Positions 49,829 through 64,000 of a stretch of 64,000 bases of DNA are shown piece after piece. Position 1 is the first letter of the stretch. The number at the start of each line of letters is the position of its first letter. The position numbers and the translations under genes are program-made. The notes below the pieces were generated by a model. It was not told the DNA's origin. It did not search any database and saw only the letters and a list, made by a program, of their open reading frames with translations. The stretch comes from Methanomicrobiales archaeon (GTDB lineage Archaea > Halobacteriota > Methanomicrobia > Methanomicrobiales > Methanospirillaceae), in assembly GCA_037137755.1 (NCBI GenBank), contig JBAXJR010000001.1, positions 32,001 to 96,000 of the forward strand, given 5' to 3'.

Positions 49829-50521
49829 ATGGCAGATTCGAAAGAACGACCTCATGTACTGATGATGTCCGAGATCACCGCGGATGGCAAGCTGACGCTC
49901 AAAAAAGGGACTTCAAGCAAGATCCTGATGAAATATATGTCCCACGAGACCGAGCTCCTCCTCCACCGGACACGAGCCGAATGCGATGCAATTATGGTCG
50001 GTTCAAATACGATTAAAATTGATAATTCGTTCCTTACGGTACGGTACGTGACGGGTAAGAGCCCGTTACGTGTTATCCCGTGCAGTAATGCCGATATTCC
50101 CCTGGCCTCAAATGTGCTCGGCCCCGGGGCACCGACAGTTATTGGTGTATCCAGAAAGGCCCCGCAGGAAAGGGTCCAGGCAATCAGGAAAAAAGGTGCC
50201 CATGTGGTTGTGGCAGGTGAAGACCGGGTTGACCTCCCCCTACTCATGCAGATTCTCTGGAAGGATTTTGGCGTCCGTCGCATGATGGTAGAGGGCGGTC
50301 CGACCCTGAACTGGCACATGCTCCACCACCATCTTGTTGACGAGATACGGTTGATCCACCTCCCATTTATTGTTGGCGGGGCGGATACCCCGTCTCTGGT
50401 CGGAGGTATGCATATCGAGTCAGAGGACGATATGATCCGGCTCGGGTTAAAAAAATTCTATCTCTGCGGAACGAACCTTGTAACCGAGTATGATGTAGAG
50501 TACCGGGTTCCTGCAGGGTAA
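49829..50521 (+). CDS. RibD C-terminal/dihydrofolate reductase-fold pyrimidine reductase (ArfC-like)
   Basis: RPHV....TADGK, H..RAECDAIMVG.NT...DN..LTVR, MVEGGPTLNW, LVDEI. Confidence 0.85.
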   Translation: MADSKERPHVLMMSEITADGKLTLKKGTSSKILMKYMSHETELLLHRTRAECDAIMVGSNTIKIDNSFLTVRYVTGKSPLRVIPCSNADIPLASNVLGPGAPTVIGVSRKAPQERVQAIRKKGAHVVVAGEDRVDLPLLMQILWKDFGVRRMMVEGGPTLNWHMLHHHLVDEIRLIHLPFIVGGADTPSLVGGMHIESEDDMIRLGLKKFYLCGTNLVTEYDVEYRVPAG

Positions 50522-50599
50522 TCCGGCCAGTAAATCCTCCTGTTTTTCATGGGTTAAGCCTCTTACGAGCGGCCTTGGGTTTTTTTGAAAGCTTCCCGG

Positions 50600-51865
50600 T
50601 CATATCATTCTGAGCGGGTCTGTTTTCATATACTCCCGGCAGACCGTGGTCGCATAATGACCCGGTGGAAGGGTAAATTTCAGCCGCACACGGTCCCCGT
50701 CCTGGATGGCTTCAACAGGTGTCATGAGACTTATCGGGCGTAGTGCACCGTTGAACCGTGAATGTACAAATTCCTGAGCTGTTTTGAAATTCTCCGGGCC
50801 GATACCCTGTTCCTCCAGCAGGTGCTCAATTGCACTGCCGGAATGTCCCTGGGTAGCGGTGAGTGAACCCGGCATAAAAATTGCAATAATACAGCGCCCC
50901 CTTTTAATATGCTGGGCTGCGATTCCCCGGTTCTGTTCAGTCACCCTGTCTTCTCTCCCGTTTTCAAAGATCAACAGGTCTCCGGGGACCGGCTCATCGA
51001 TTGCCGTGCCCTGGTCGAACCGCGTAGACAGCGCGCAGTTAAATAACCAGGACTGGTACGCGGATATGAACATCGAGAGTAATTTTGGGGGCAGTACCTT
51101 CAAAGCACCCTTGAAATCCCCGGGTTTGTTAATGAGGTGGTGGAGCATTGAGCGCTCGTAGGACATCGAGACGGGGAGTCGGTGCAGTGCTTCCCGTGCA
51201 TCCCGGGTCTCGTAGAATATAGTCCTGGTTGCACGGTTCTCTGCGGGTTCTGCGGGAAATGACTGGCCGATATAGGTCATCACGGCTCCTTCAAAGTTAT
51301 TTTTGAGGATTAACTCCCCGATACGGTGTGTGAGAGGACGGATTACACCGAACCTCTGGACCCCGTAATAATTAGGGAGACCTGCAGAAGCAGTTTTGTT
51401 AACTGATTGTATCTGCCCTTCAATATCCTCCCCTGATAATTCCCTGATCGTAATATCGAAGCGGTTCCCCTTTAGGCTGCCAAGTGAGAGGGGGAACTGG
51501 GAACGGCCCAGCACTTCGAGCATGATATCCTTCAGCCTGACATCGGCGATCTGTGCGGGTGTTATTTCATAAAGTGATATCAACTGGCTCGTAATAGCAT
51601 GCCTGTCTTTTGTGCCACCCCACCCGATGCGGCGGTGACTGATGCCAAGCCGTTTTGCCAGTTCCTTTACTGCATGCTGGAGTTCCCAGTCTTTTTTTGT
51701 AAGTTTACAGATGAGATATGGTCCGGAATCACCAACTGCTACCGGGATCTCCTCAACTAAAAAATCTTCAGCCGTGGACCTGAGTTTTCCCCCGATACCT
51801 GTTGTATCACTTGAATAATAGCGCATCCCGAGCTCCTGCTCAAGTGCAAACTGGCTTAGTCTCAT
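50600..51865 (-). CDS. truD: tRNA pseudouridine(13) synthase
   Basis: EDFLVEEI, GTKDRHAITSQ, GNRF.I.IR, PNYYGVQRFG, AYQSWLFN, F.LPPGHYAT. Confidence 0.96.
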   Translation of the reverse strand: MRLSQFALEQELGMRYYSSDTTGIGGKLRSTAEDFLVEEIPVAVGDSGPYLICKLTKKDWELQHAVKELAKRLGISHRRIGWGGTKDRHAITSQLISLYEITPAQIADVRLKDIMLEVLGRSQFPLSLGSLKGNRFDITIRELSGEDIEGQIQSVNKTASAGLPNYYGVQRFGVIRPLTHRIGELILKNNFEGAVMTYIGQSFPAEPAENRATRTIFYETRDAREALHRLPVSMSYERSMLHHLINKPGDFKGALKVLPPKLLSMFISAYQSWLFNCALSTRFDQGTAIDEPVPGDLLIFENGREDRVTEQNRGIAAQHIKRGRCIIAIFMPGSLTATQGHSGSAIEHLLEEQGIGPENFKTAQEFVHSRFNGALRPISLMTPVEAIQDGDRVRLKFTLPPGHYATTVCREYMKTDPLRMI

Positions 51866-52224
51866 AAAAGGGAAAGGTCTCCGGTTAGTTTGTCGAGCGC
51901 TTCGGTCTTTGCTGGTCCAAGCCCGAGGGCGGTTACCGTCCCGGGCGCAATCTCGGTAAGCCCGGCGTCCTGGACGAGTGCTGCGGCGATACCTGCATTT
52001 TCGGCAAGAACTTTCAGTTCAAAAAGCGGACGTTCCCCTGCAACTTTCAGGACAACCTTCTTCTGGCCTTCAGAGAACCAGCCTTTCCTGGCAGTACTAT
52101 CCGCCCGCTCGTAGGCCAGTATTACGGCATGACCGACCTGTGCGCACATTTTACCGCAGCTCATTTTAAGATCTGACCTGATCACCAGGCACTGTTTCCA
52201 CTTGAATTCCGGTCCTTCAGCCAT
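51862..52224 (-). CDS. pth2: Peptidyl-tRNA hydrolase 2
   Basis: KQCLVIRSDLKMSCGK..AQVGHA, GQKKVVLK, DAGLTEI.PGT.TALGLGP. Confidence 0.96.
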   Translation of the reverse strand: MAEGPEFKWKQCLVIRSDLKMSCGKMCAQVGHAVILAYERADSTARKGWFSEGQKKVVLKVAGERPLFELKVLAENAGIAAALVQDAGLTEIAPGTVTALGLGPAKTEALDKLTGDLSLL

Positions 52225-52328
52225 TGTCAGTACATGGGTTTGTTCATTCAAATATATGCGTGATACTGCCTGGTAAACCGGGCGCTTTTCCACAGCTTGA
52301 TACTATTCCCGCACCCAGTAATATTTAT

Positions 52329-53513
52329 ATGAACCGCCACGGACCGGGACGTCAAAAAGGATATGATGTTGTTATCGTCGGTGCCGGTCCTGCAGGGTGT
52401 GCAGCATCTCTTTCCTGCGTGGAGTACGGGCTTTCTACGCTCTGCATAGAGGAACACGGTACGATCGGGTACCCGGTACAGTGTGCAGGGCTCCTTTCGC
52501 AGAATGCCTTTACTGAATGCAAGGTATCCAGAAAATCTGTGTTAAACGAGGTATCAGGTGCAGAAGTAGTAACAGATTCTGGTAACTGTCTCCTTATCGA
52601 TGCTGGGGAGACAAAAGCGTTTGTTGTTGACCGTGGCATTCTCGACCGCGAGATGGCAGAACGTGCGGCGATGGCAGGTGCTGAGTTTTCGTTAAAGACC
52701 GCGGTATACCGCGTGGACGCGGAAAGGGTCTTCACCCGCGGTATTGACGGTCATGGAGAAGTCTCCTACAAAGTCCTGATCGCGGCTGACGGCCCGAGGA
52801 GCACAATTGCATGTTTGCGGGGAATGAAACGGGCAGGTTTGTACCTGGCGGGTATCCAGTCCGAGATCAATTGTGAAAGCGATCCCCGGTTTGTCGGCGT
52901 GTATCCCGATGCGTCACCGGAATTTTTTGCATGGCGGATTCCAATCGACCGGAAGCGGGTAAGGATTGGGCTTGCCGGGATGACTCGTGTAAAAGAAAAG
53001 TTCTTTTCATTTTCACAACGTTTCAAAGGACCCTGCCTGGATTTCACTCTTGGTACGATACCTATCGGTGTAATGCCTGTTACCTATGGTGACCGGGCTA
53101 TGTATGTTGGTGATGCCGGGGGATTTGCAAAACCCACCTCCGGCGGCGGCGTATATACCGGGATCAGGACAGCCCGTCACGCATCTGCGATTGCGCATTC
53201 CTGTATTGAAAACGCGGCCTTCGATGATACCTCCCTCTCACGGTACGAAAAATTATGGAAACAGGACATTGGAAAAGAGCTCGAACGGGGGCTTTTGATG
53301 TTCCGTATGAGACAGACGCTTGGCCCGGTAGAGACCGATCGCCTTGTCAGGGCCCTGTCGGACCCGGAGATCCTTGAAATTATCAGGCAGTACGGGGACA
53401 TGGACCGGCCGGCAAGAGTAGTGAAAGAACTGCTGAAGAAACCGGCGTTATACCGGCAGTCCGGGATGCTCCTCGGTTGCATGATCAGGATGCTTACCGG
53501 GAATAACGGGTAA
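52329..53513 (+). CDS. Geranylgeranyl reductase family flavoprotein
   Basis: DVVIVGAGPAG, PVQCAG, DR..LD, AADG, FAWRIP, VGDAGG..KPTSGGG. Confidence 0.9.
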   Translation: MNRHGPGRQKGYDVVIVGAGPAGCAASLSCVEYGLSTLCIEEHGTIGYPVQCAGLLSQNAFTECKVSRKSVLNEVSGAEVVTDSGNCLLIDAGETKAFVVDRGILDREMAERAAMAGAEFSLKTAVYRVDAERVFTRGIDGHGEVSYKVLIAADGPRSTIACLRGMKRAGLYLAGIQSEINCESDPRFVGVYPDASPEFFAWRIPIDRKRVRIGLAGMTRVKEKFFSFSQRFKGPCLDFTLGTIPIGVMPVTYGDRAMYVGDAGGFAKPTSGGGVYTGIRTARHASAIAHSCIENAAFDDTSLSRYEKLWKQDIGKELERGLLMFRMRQTLGPVETDRLVRALSDPEILEIIRQYGDMDRPARVVKELLKKPALYRQSGMLLGCMIRMLTGNNG

Positions 53514-53704
53514 CTGCAGTATCCTCATGCAAAGTTAAACGCATTTTGTCGAATCCTCTCTTTCTAAAAACCTGCAAGGGGCTCGGAATAAGAGATTGTT
53601 ATTACAAAACGAATACGTTCAGAATAACCTGTAGTACAATATGCTATTGTTAATCCGAAAACTACAAGATGTGTCAGTCCTGATCACTGGTAAGAGTACC
53701 TACT

Positions 53705-54127
53705 ATGACCAGCGAAAATGAGCTCATGCGTATAGGGATATCCCTTCCAAAGAACCTGCTTGACAAGTTTGATGAAATAATCAATTACCGGGGGTATTCA
53801 TCACGGTCGGAAGGGATCAGGGATGCTATCAGAAGTTACATCACTCATTACAAGTGGATGTCAGATGTGAAGGGAGAGAGGCAGGGGGTTATTACCATGA
53901 TTTACGATCATGAACAACGCGGCCTTCTTACTACCCTGACCGATATACAGCACGAATTTATGTCGATAGTACAGGCATCGCTGCATTCCCACGTTACGCA
54001 CGGTCGCTGTCTTGAAGTGATTCTTGTAAGAGGGGACGGTTCCCAGCTGAAGACACTCGCTGAACGGCTTATGTCCCAGAAGGGTGTGGAATCTGTAAAA
54101 TTAACAACAATCATGGTAGGAGAATAA
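53705..54127 (+). CDS. nikR: Nickel-responsive regulator NikR
   Basis: RHH RIGISLP..LL..FD, YSSRSE.IRDAIR, YDH, HSH and CLEV nickel ligands. Confidence 0.96.
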   Translation: MTSENELMRIGISLPKNLLDKFDEIINYRGYSSRSEGIRDAIRSYITHYKWMSDVKGERQGVITMIYDHEQRGLLTTLTDIQHEFMSIVQASLHSHVTHGRCLEVILVRGDGSQLKTLAERLMSQKGVESVKLTTIMVGE

Positions 54128-54302
54128 TTTCTGTTTCGTTTTTTTTTGAAATTCTCATTGGTACTGATCTCTTACAAATCCTTATCCTGATGGATTCTCC
54201 TTGTTATTCAGGTTTTTATCACCGTGAATTCTGAGTTAATGTGTGTGAATATTTTCAAAATATTTTTCATAAAATTCTAAAACAAAAACTATTATACATC
54301 AA

Positions 54303-54334
54303 AAGTATTACAAAATAGTATAATGGTAATACTT
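54303..54334 (+). promoter_or_regulatory. NikR operator palindrome upstream of nikM
   Basis: AAGTATTAC-N14-GTAATACTT (core GTATTA-N16-TAATAC), the same geometry as E. coli GTATGA-N16-TCATAC, 12 nt before the ATG. Confidence 0.85.
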
Positions 54335-54346
54335 CGGTGAACCGGC

Positions 54347-55000
54347 ATGCACATACCTGATGCATTTATGCCAATATGGCAGGGAGCAATCTACTGGGTA
54401 ATTGCCCTTGTCTTTGTGTACCTCTCCTTACGGTGGGCAAAGAATGAACTGAATGAGGAGAAACTGCCCCTTGTAGCCGTTCTTGCAGCCGGGATTTTTG
54501 CGCTCCAGTCCTTTAACCTTCCCGTATCAATGGGGACGAGCGGGCACCTGGTAGGTGGTGCGCTGGTGGCAATAATCCTCGGTTCACCGTTTGCAGCGGT
54601 TTTCATACTGACACTGGTGCTGATTGTCCAGGGTATCATGTTTGGCGATGGCGGGATTACCACAATGGGCGCGAATATCCTCAATATGGGGGTAGTCGGG
54701 GGCTTTGTAGGGTTCTATAGTTTCAAAGGATTGAAGGCTGCAACGGGAACAATGCCGGTCTCTGCGTTTATCGCCGCATGGCTGGCCTGCGTGATACCGG
54801 CACTCTGCGCCGCTGTTGAACTCTGGTTTGCCGGGACCTTCCCACTCGAGGCGGGTCTGATTGCAATGGGATTGTACCATGCAGTCATCGGTGTGGTTGA
54901 GGGTGTTATTACCGTTGCCGCGATTTACCTGATCGTGAGTGTGAGGCCTGACATGGTAGATGAAGGAGTAATGCCTGCAAAGGCAGGTGCTGTTGCATGA
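54347..55000 (+). CDS. nikM: ECF nickel/cobalt transporter S component (NikM/CbiM)
   Basis: N-terminal MHIPD metal ligand, GTSGHLVGG, QG..FGDGG. Confidence 0.88.
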   Translation: MHIPDAFMPIWQGAIYWVIALVFVYLSLRWAKNELNEEKLPLVAVLAAGIFALQSFNLPVSMGTSGHLVGGALVAIILGSPFAAVFILTLVLIVQGIMFGDGGITTMGANILNMGVVGGFVGFYSFKGLKAATGTMPVSAFIAAWLACVIPALCAAVELWFAGTFPLEAGLIAMGLYHAVIGVVEGVITVAAIYLIVSVRPDMVDEGVMPAKAGAVA

Positions 55001-55356
55001 TTGATAATAAAACGTTACTTGCAGGCGGACTTATCATTGCCATTCTTACCGGGGTGGTAGCAGTCTTCCTTGCCTCAAGTGACCCGGATGGCCTGGAAAG
55101 TACCGCTCTGATAATCCAGGGCGGAAAGACCCTCACCGGACCGACACCCCCAGATGCAGAAATCGTGGAGAATATGGACGGCAAGTTCGCTTATTCAGCA
55201 CCGATGCCTGATTATTCGCTTGGTGAGGGGAGTGGTTCTATGGGGGGAATTCTTGCAATAGTTGGTGGTACACTCTTCGCATTCCTCGTTGCCATTGGCC
55301 TGATATACGCTTTAAAGGTCTCAGGTAAGAAAAATCCCCCAAAGGCAAACCAATAG
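54997..55356 (+). CDS. nikN: PDGLE-domain accessory component (NikN)
   Basis: TM-ASSDPDGLE...APMPDY-TM, overlapping the nikM stop. Confidence 0.85.
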   Translation: MIDNKTLLAGGLIIAILTGVVAVFLASSDPDGLESTALIIQGGKTLTGPTPPDAEIVENMDGKFAYSAPMPDYSLGEGSGSMGGILAIVGGTLFAFLVAIGLIYALKVSGKKNPPKANQ

Positions 55357-55391
55357 GCATTTAATTTTTCTAATCCCAGTTCTGGTCACTC

Positions 55392-56225
55392 ATGCATCTC
55401 ATCGAAACCCGCGATCTCTGTTATACGTATCCTGGCAATGTTACTGCATTGCACCATGTCAATTTTATAGCCCCACGAAAAGCACGCATCGCAGTCATAG
55501 GGTCCAATGGAGCCGGTAAAAGTACACTTTTTAAACATTTTAACGGGATTTTTAAACCTACCTCGGGATCGGTGTTAGTCCAGGGAGAGCCGATTACGAA
55601 GACAAACATCCGCAATGTCCGTAAGTTTGTCGGCATTGTATTCCAAAACCCGGATGACCAGATCTTTTCACCGACGGTCGAACAGGATGTTGCATTTGGC
55701 CCCACCAATCTTGGTCTCGATGAGGAAACCGTGCAGCATCGTGTTGAAGAAGCGCTCCATATCGTTGGTATTGAACACCTTGCAAACCGCGTCCCCCATC
55801 ACCTGAGCGGAGGCGAAAAGAAAAGGGTGGCAATTGCGGGTGTTGTGGCAATGGAACCGCAGGTGCTGGTACTCGATGAACCGACTGCAGGACTTGACCC
55901 CCAGGGCGTACGTGATTTTAACCATTTTTGCAACTCCCTTTCTCAGAAGTATGGCCTCACCGTCATTTTTTCAACACACGATGTCTCTCTTGTACCTGAA
56001 ATCGCCGATTACGTGTATGTAATGAACAAGGGATCAATTATGGCGTCTGGGACGATCGAAGAGATATTTGTGCAGATGGAGATGCTCCAGTCTGTCCGGC
56101 TCGATGTACCGGTATTACCAAAATTAATCCGTTCCCTCCAGGAACATGGTGTCGATATCAACATGGGATATACCTTTGAAGAAGTTGAAAAGGTATTCCT
56201 AGAAGCATTCGGGAAGAGGGTATGA
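55392..56225 (+). CDS. nikO: ECF transporter ATPase (NikO/CbiO)
   Basis: GSNGAGKST, FQNPDDQ, LSGGEKKR, LDEPTAGLD. Confidence 0.92.
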   Translation: MHLIETRDLCYTYPGNVTALHHVNFIAPRKARIAVIGSNGAGKSTLFKHFNGIFKPTSGSVLVQGEPITKTNIRNVRKFVGIVFQNPDDQIFSPTVEQDVAFGPTNLGLDEETVQHRVEEALHIVGIEHLANRVPHHLSGGEKKRVAIAGVVAMEPQVLVLDEPTAGLDPQGVRDFNHFCNSLSQKYGLTVIFSTHDVSLVPEIADYVYVMNKGSIMASGTIEEIFVQMEMLQSVRLDVPVLPKLIRSLQEHGVDINMGYTFEEVEKVFLEAFGKRV

Positions 56226-57043
56226 TCGAAGAACTTTTTGACATCGAGCGATATGCGTACCGGGACAGTATTATGCACCGTCTCGATGCAAGGGTCAAGA
56301 TCATTGTCGCATTTGCTGCAATTATCGCGATGGTTTCGATACCCTATTCTCCTGTTGTACTCACGGTAGGAGCAGTTTTTTTTATTTTTTTTATTGTGCT
56401 CTGGTCACTTACCCGGTTATCCCCGATGGTATACCTGAGGCGTGCCCTGTTGATTATTCCCCTGTGGGGAATCGTCATCCTGTTCCAGATATTTATTAAA
56501 AACCCTTATTACACTGAATATACTACGGTGGCAACCTTGCCGTTCGGGATTAATATCTATGCCGAGTCGATCCAGTTTGCATTCATCCTGCTGGTAAAAT
56601 TCGTTATTACCATATCATTCATTATCCTCCTTTCATCGACGACGAAGGTGCAGGACATGCTGGACGGCGGACGAAGGCTGGGGCTTCCTGCAGAATTTGC
56701 TCTTGCCCTCGGCATGATGATCCGTTACCTGTTTGTCTTTGGCTACATGTACAGGAAGATCGTCCAGGCACTCGAAACCAAGGCGTTCGATCCATTTGAC
56801 CGGAACCTTCCCTACCAGTACCGGATGCGCCAGATTGGATATACAATCGGGACCATGTTCATCAGGTCATACGAGCAGGGGGAGCGAGTATATACGAGCA
56901 TGCTGTGCAGGGGATATGGCAGGCAAAGCCACCTGTTTTTAAAGAAAAAAGGATTTAAAACTTCTGAATGGACATTTCTCGTAATCTGCCTTGGATTCAT
57001 TATTATCATACCCGTCATGGCCTGGCTGAAACATGTATCATGA
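56222..57043 (+). CDS. nikQ: ECF transporter T component (NikQ/CbiQ)
   Basis: HRLDARVK, RYLFV, FIRSYEQGERVY.SM.CRGY. Confidence 0.92.
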   Translation: MIEELFDIERYAYRDSIMHRLDARVKIIVAFAAIIAMVSIPYSPVVLTVGAVFFIFFIVLWSLTRLSPMVYLRRALLIIPLWGIVILFQIFIKNPYYTEYTTVATLPFGINIYAESIQFAFILLVKFVITISFIILLSSTTKVQDMLDGGRRLGLPAEFALALGMMIRYLFVFGYMYRKIVQALETKAFDPFDRNLPYQYRMRQIGYTIGTMFIRSYEQGERVYTSMLCRGYGRQSHLFLKKKGFKTSEWTFLVICLGFIIIIPVMAWLKHVS

Positions 57044-57095
57044 GTCTGAATGGGACATAGAGTAGTTTAATCAACTTCGGGTATATCCTATTAGC

Positions 57096-57404
57096 ATGCA
57101 AAGCAGATTCGGTCGTGGGTTTATTGTTAACCTGTCGTTAATAAGCCGGCATTTTGCCTTACCCCCTGAACAGGCGTGGCCTGGTGTCGCTGACCACCTT
57201 GATGAGATGGTCCTTCCGGCATTATTTAAAGGGACTGAAATTGAACCGCTTGTCGAAAGCCTTCGGAAGCATATTATCTGGCATGTCCCGGGTACAATGG
57301 ACAAAGAAGACGCAAAAGAAGTGAACCGTATCCTCGACCGTCTTGCCGTTGAAATTGACAGAAATCTCGGGATAAAAGATGCTGAATTAGGCGAGTTTCA
57401 CTAA
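57096..57404 (+). CDS. Conserved hypothetical protein
   Basis: Clean 102-aa ORF (SRFGRGFIVNL..I..HF, DHL, LA.EIDR.LGI). No function recognised. Confidence 0.7.
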   Translation: MQSRFGRGFIVNLSLISRHFALPPEQAWPGVADHLDEMVLPALFKGTEIEPLVESLRKHIIWHVPGTMDKEDAKEVNRILDRLAVEIDRNLGIKDAELGEFH

Positions 57405-57503
57405 TCAAGGTTCACCCGGACTCATCAGGATTAAGTGCTGAAACAACCAATACTGTGTGTGATTGACGATCTGTTTACTGAAGAGTTTTTTTTGTGGGGG
57501 TAA

Positions 57504-61941
<4,438 letters not shown>

Positions 61942-61948
61942 CCATCAC

Positions 61949-61972
61949 TATTTTTTTTTCTTCGAATTTTTA
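61949..61972 (+). terminator. Oligo-T archaeal terminator after gyrA
   Basis: T9 run followed by further T-tracts just after the stop. Confidence 0.5.
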
Positions 61973-62262
61973 TCCCGGGAGGGACAGGTGATAAAAAATC
62001 CTGCTGTGAACCGGTTACTATTCAGGCTTTCATTACAATTGCGAAAAGGCTGCGGAAGCAGTCAATAATGAAAAAAGGGGCGTACCTTGCATGATACAGT
62101 TTATATGCCGGCAGGATTTTTGTTGCCAATCACAGGTTTTTCATTCTACATGGTATCCTATGATTATTACATTATACGTGACATTTGTTCCTTTTCCAGG
62201 GGTAACATTCTGTCATACGGAATGGGGTAACCGTTATCTCATCCTGCAAAAAAGAATGGAGT

Positions 62263-62682
62263 ATGTTCCGGAAGATACTGGAGTTCCAGACGCATGGTGA
62301 AGGAGAGATGGTGAATATAACCCCTGGTGTTAAAAAAATTGTGGATGAGAGCGGGGTTTTGAATGGTCTCGTCAATATCTTCGTGACCGGTTCTACGGCC
62401 GCAATCACAACCATCGAATACGAAGAAGGAGTGCTGCAGGATTTCAGGAGGGCCCTTTCGGTTCTTGCTCCGGATTCTGTTCCGTATGATCATGATACCC
62501 GGTGGGGTGACGGAAACGGAAGGTCCCATGTGAAGGCGTCATGCATCGGCCCCTCCCTGACCGTTCCTGTAATGGATGGGGCTCTTATGTGCGGGACCTG
62601 GCAGCAGGTCGTGATCGTTGAACTGGATGTCAGGTCCGGGCGAAAAAGGACCGTTGTGGTTACCGTGGATGGAACTAAGTAA
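62263..62682 (+). CDS. YjbQ/UPF0047 family protein
   Basis: GSTAAITTIE.E, Y.HD...GDGNGRSHVKAS..GPS, GTWQ....ELD. Confidence 0.92.
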   Translation: MFRKILEFQTHGEGEMVNITPGVKKIVDESGVLNGLVNIFVTGSTAAITTIEYEEGVLQDFRRALSVLAPDSVPYDHDTRWGDGNGRSHVKASCIGPSLTVPVMDGALMCGTWQQVVIVELDVRSGRKRTVVVTVDGTK

Positions 62683-62911
62683 ATACAAGGGAGAAAAAGC
62701 AAATTCCGCGACCTGATTAAAAAAAATCCATAAATTGTCAGTCTGGTATAACCATACCCCATCTCAGGTCCTGGGTGCGGATAGCGTGAATAATCAGGAG
62801 ATTTTTCTCATATAGAGTAAAAGCATCATACGCTCTTGCCTGTGAAATCTCTGTGTTCAGCTTTTTTTGTTCATGGCTGATTAAATAAAAAGGAAGGATC
62901 TGCCGGGATAG

Positions 62912-63175
62912 TCAGTCGAGCGGAATAGTCTCGAGCTGGGATACCAGTTCCCAGATCCTGGTTCTTGCATGCACCGGCATGTTGGGATCATTGCTTATTT
63001 CGTCAATTTTTGAGATTGCCTCCGCGGCACGGAGACCTATTCCCTTGTTGGAATTCGTGAGCAGCACCCGTGTTTCATCTGCGACGCGCCTGATATTTCT
63101 CGGTATTGTGTTATCATCCATGATGTGCTGCAGCATCTGGACGCAATTCTCTATTGTTTTTTCTGGATTAGTCAT
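62912..63175 (-). CDS. UPF0147 family protein
   Basis: [10 protein letters not shown] and [18 protein letters not shown]...SQLE. Confidence 0.92.
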   Translation of the reverse strand: MTNPEKTIENCVQMLQHIMDDNTIPRNIRRVADETRVLLTNSNKGIGLRAAEAISKIDEISNDPNMPVHARTRIWELVSQLETIPLD

Positions 63176-63264
63176 GATATCACCCTTCGTGAGCTTCTCT
63201 CTATTATTACTAATATCCCGCCTTATATAGTTTGATACACCAACCTAACAATCAGGTGTTACAT

Positions 63265-63636
63265 ATACCCGAGAAGAAACCCGACGATGTAATGGCTGAA
63301 TACCTCCTGAAAGGGGCAAAGATGCTGGCAAAAACGTGCCCTGCCTGTGGATCGCCACTGTTCACCTACAAGGACAGGACATTCTGCGTGATGTGTGAAC
63401 TGGAAAATGAAAAAGCAACAGAAAAAACAAGGAAGGCCATTAAAAAACCCGTTGAACTATCGAAAGTAGAAACCCGGGAGTCTGCGCCGGTTACAGAACT
63501 TGCATGTACACTCGAGACAACATTGATCACACTCTCCGAAAGGATTGCCTGCGAACCTGATCCTGACCGCTGTCTTTCCCTGATGAATACGGTTAAAAAA
63601 GGGATAGAAGCCCTGAAACTCCTTGCTCAGCCGTAA
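63265..63636 (+). CDS. UPF0148 / Sjogren autoantigen-like Zn-finger protein (start uncertain)
   Basis: MAEYLLKGAKML...CPACGSPLF......CVMC. The first ATG is at 63292. Confidence 0.85.
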   Translation: MPEKKPDDVMAEYLLKGAKMLAKTCPACGSPLFTYKDRTFCVMCELENEKATEKTRKAIKKPVELSKVETRESAPVTELACTLETTLITLSERIACEPDPDRCLSLMNTVKKGIEALKLLAQP

Positions 63637-63998
63637 GGGTGCCTCGATAATTCGTATATCTTTTTCGCCCGCTTCTCCCCGATACCGGGAGCTTCGGATA
63701 ACGCTTTTTCATCTGCGTTCACAATTCCCTGCACCGAGCCAAAATGCTCGAGCAGCAGTCTCGCATTTTTAAGCCCGATTTCAGGGAAAGAACCAACTAT
63801 ACTCTCCTGCTGCTCCATGTGCGAATGGTAGGGTTTTCGGATCGATGGCGCCCGTTCTCCACGCTCCTCATATTCCCGCCTGGCAATGACAAGAAGCATC
63901 GCCGCAGTATCAGCCTCGTCCCTGGTTGTGAGCAATGTCACCCCGAGATCGATGGTAATCGCAGAAAGAGTTCCCCGGATTGCATTCGGGTGAATATT
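63627..63998 (-). CDS. hef: 3' end of Hef/XPF (ERCC4 nuclease plus tandem HhH), partial
   Basis: NIHPNAIRG.L..I.ID, T.D..DTA, QQE.IV...P.IG.K.A..LL.HFGSV, PGIGEKRA. Runs off the window end. Confidence 0.88.
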   Translation of the reverse strand, partial: NIHPNAIRGTLSAITIDLGVTLLTTRDEADTAAMLLVIARREYEERGERAPSIRKPYHSHMEQQESIVGSFPEIGLKNARLLLEHFGSVQGIVNADEKALSEAPGIGEKRAKKIYELSRHPYG

Positions 63999-64000
63999 TC

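Overview
Gene-dense chromosomal segment from a methanogenic archaeon. Methanogenesis markers 2, 14 and MtxX, archaeal SAM synthetase, histone, TBP, TFS, archaeosortase A and bacterial-type gyrase together point to Methanomicrobiales, possibly Methanoregulaceae (inference). The window starts with a complete V/A-type ATP synthase operon (H/G-I-K-E-C-F-A-B-D) whose subunits look Thermus-like rather than like the canonical methanogen A1Ao enzyme. An unlisted 57-aa ORF heads that operon. Next come several secreted or surface proteins, marker 14, mat-hisG-hisA-hisB, a histone, rfcL and archaemetzincin. The conserved dtdA-ftsZ-secE-spt5-rpl11-rpl1-rpl10-rpl12 cluster follows, with a probable L1-binding leader. 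The rest holds a small Cys-protein/moeA/moeA-PBP operon, ileS, thg1, cdpB, a TrkA-DHH/mptE/orphan radical SAM operon, tRNA-Lys(CTT), TBP, TFS, artA, a ~1 kb ORF-free gap, truD/pth2, a geranylgeranyl reductase, nikR with a clear operator plus nikMNOQ, gyrBA and the 3' end of hef. I saw no CRISPR array, transposase, integrase or rRNA. Most content is housekeeping. The best leads for undescribed biology are the accessory ATPase locus, the CX7CX2C radical SAM operon, the MoeA-coupled Cys mini-protein and the 1 kb gap. All family calls come from motif recognition by eye, not database searches.
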